From: a virus
Taxonomy: Duplodnaviria > Heunggongvirae > Uroviricota > Caudoviricetes
DNA length: 5,568 nt
Reading direction: 5' to 3' (one strand)
Virus record (IMG/VR): IMGVR_UViG_2675903504_000001
Shown here piece after piece: positions 5,512-5,568 of the stretch (positions are counted from its first letter, which is position 1; each line of letters opens with the position of its first letter). The notes below the pieces were generated by a model. It made no database searches and was not told the DNA's origin. It saw only the letters and a program-made list of their open reading frames with translations. Position numbers and translations under genes: made by a program.

Positions 5512-5568
5512 TTAATTAGAGTTATTAACAACGATATCCATCTCTAACGTAAGCGTCGTCTCAGCACC
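5512..5568 (-). CDS. 3' end of a - strand ORF entering from the right edge (candidate late antiterminator Q-like gene; identity not established)
   Basis: One - strand frame is open from the window edge and ends at TAA (plus 5512-5514), encoding ...GAETTLTLEMDIVVNNSN*. The position immediately upstream of a promoter-like / hairpin / terminator module and the lysis genes is where Q lies in lambdoid phages. Only 18 codons are visible, so the call is positional inference. Confidence 0.3.
   Translation of the reverse strand, partial: GAETTLTLEMDIVVNNSN

Noticed and set aside
1-5568. CRISPR arrays, IS or transposon ends, integrase or attachment sites, toxin-antitoxin or defence-system signatures
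   Set aside because: No spaced direct repeats, no terminal inverted repeats flanking a transposase-like ORF, and no ORF with nuclease, ATPase, methyltransferase or recombinase motifs was found in any frame.

Overview
This window reads as the late (lysis) region of a lambdoid prophage from an Escherichia/Shigella-type genome, shown opposite to the direction of phage late transcription. All homology statements come from reading the translations and from memory of known families; no database search was run. The + strand carries one clearly intact gene, a 360-aa OmpC/OmpF-family porin closely resembling prophage-borne NmpC/Lc porins (4241-5323), preceded by a ~430-bp AT-rich region and followed by a stem-loop array and an intrinsic terminator. 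The - strand carries a phage-21-type lysis cassette: an S21-like pinholin with Met1/Met4 dual starts (3452-3667), a DUF1327/YdfR-like ORF (3103-3447), a SAR-type GH24 endolysin (2226-2759), and Rz with an embedded out-of-frame Rz1 lipoprotein (1771-2244, 1824-2015). Tandem terminators follow, then a translationally coupled pair: a KilA-N domain protein (1072-1569) and an 89-aa protein with a Lys/Ala-rich tail (806-1075). The left edge holds the 3' part of a +-strand prophage ORF ending at 311. I see no rRNA, tRNA, CRISPR array, IS element or recognisable defence system. The most interesting unexplained items are regulatory: three adjacent perfect hairpins downstream of the porin that on the - strand look like a pR'/tR'-like leader, a --strand terminator just upstream of the holin, a 340-bp gap inside the lysis cassette with a 29-codon SD-preceded ORF on the opposite strand, and a 494-bp gene-free convergent region (312-805).
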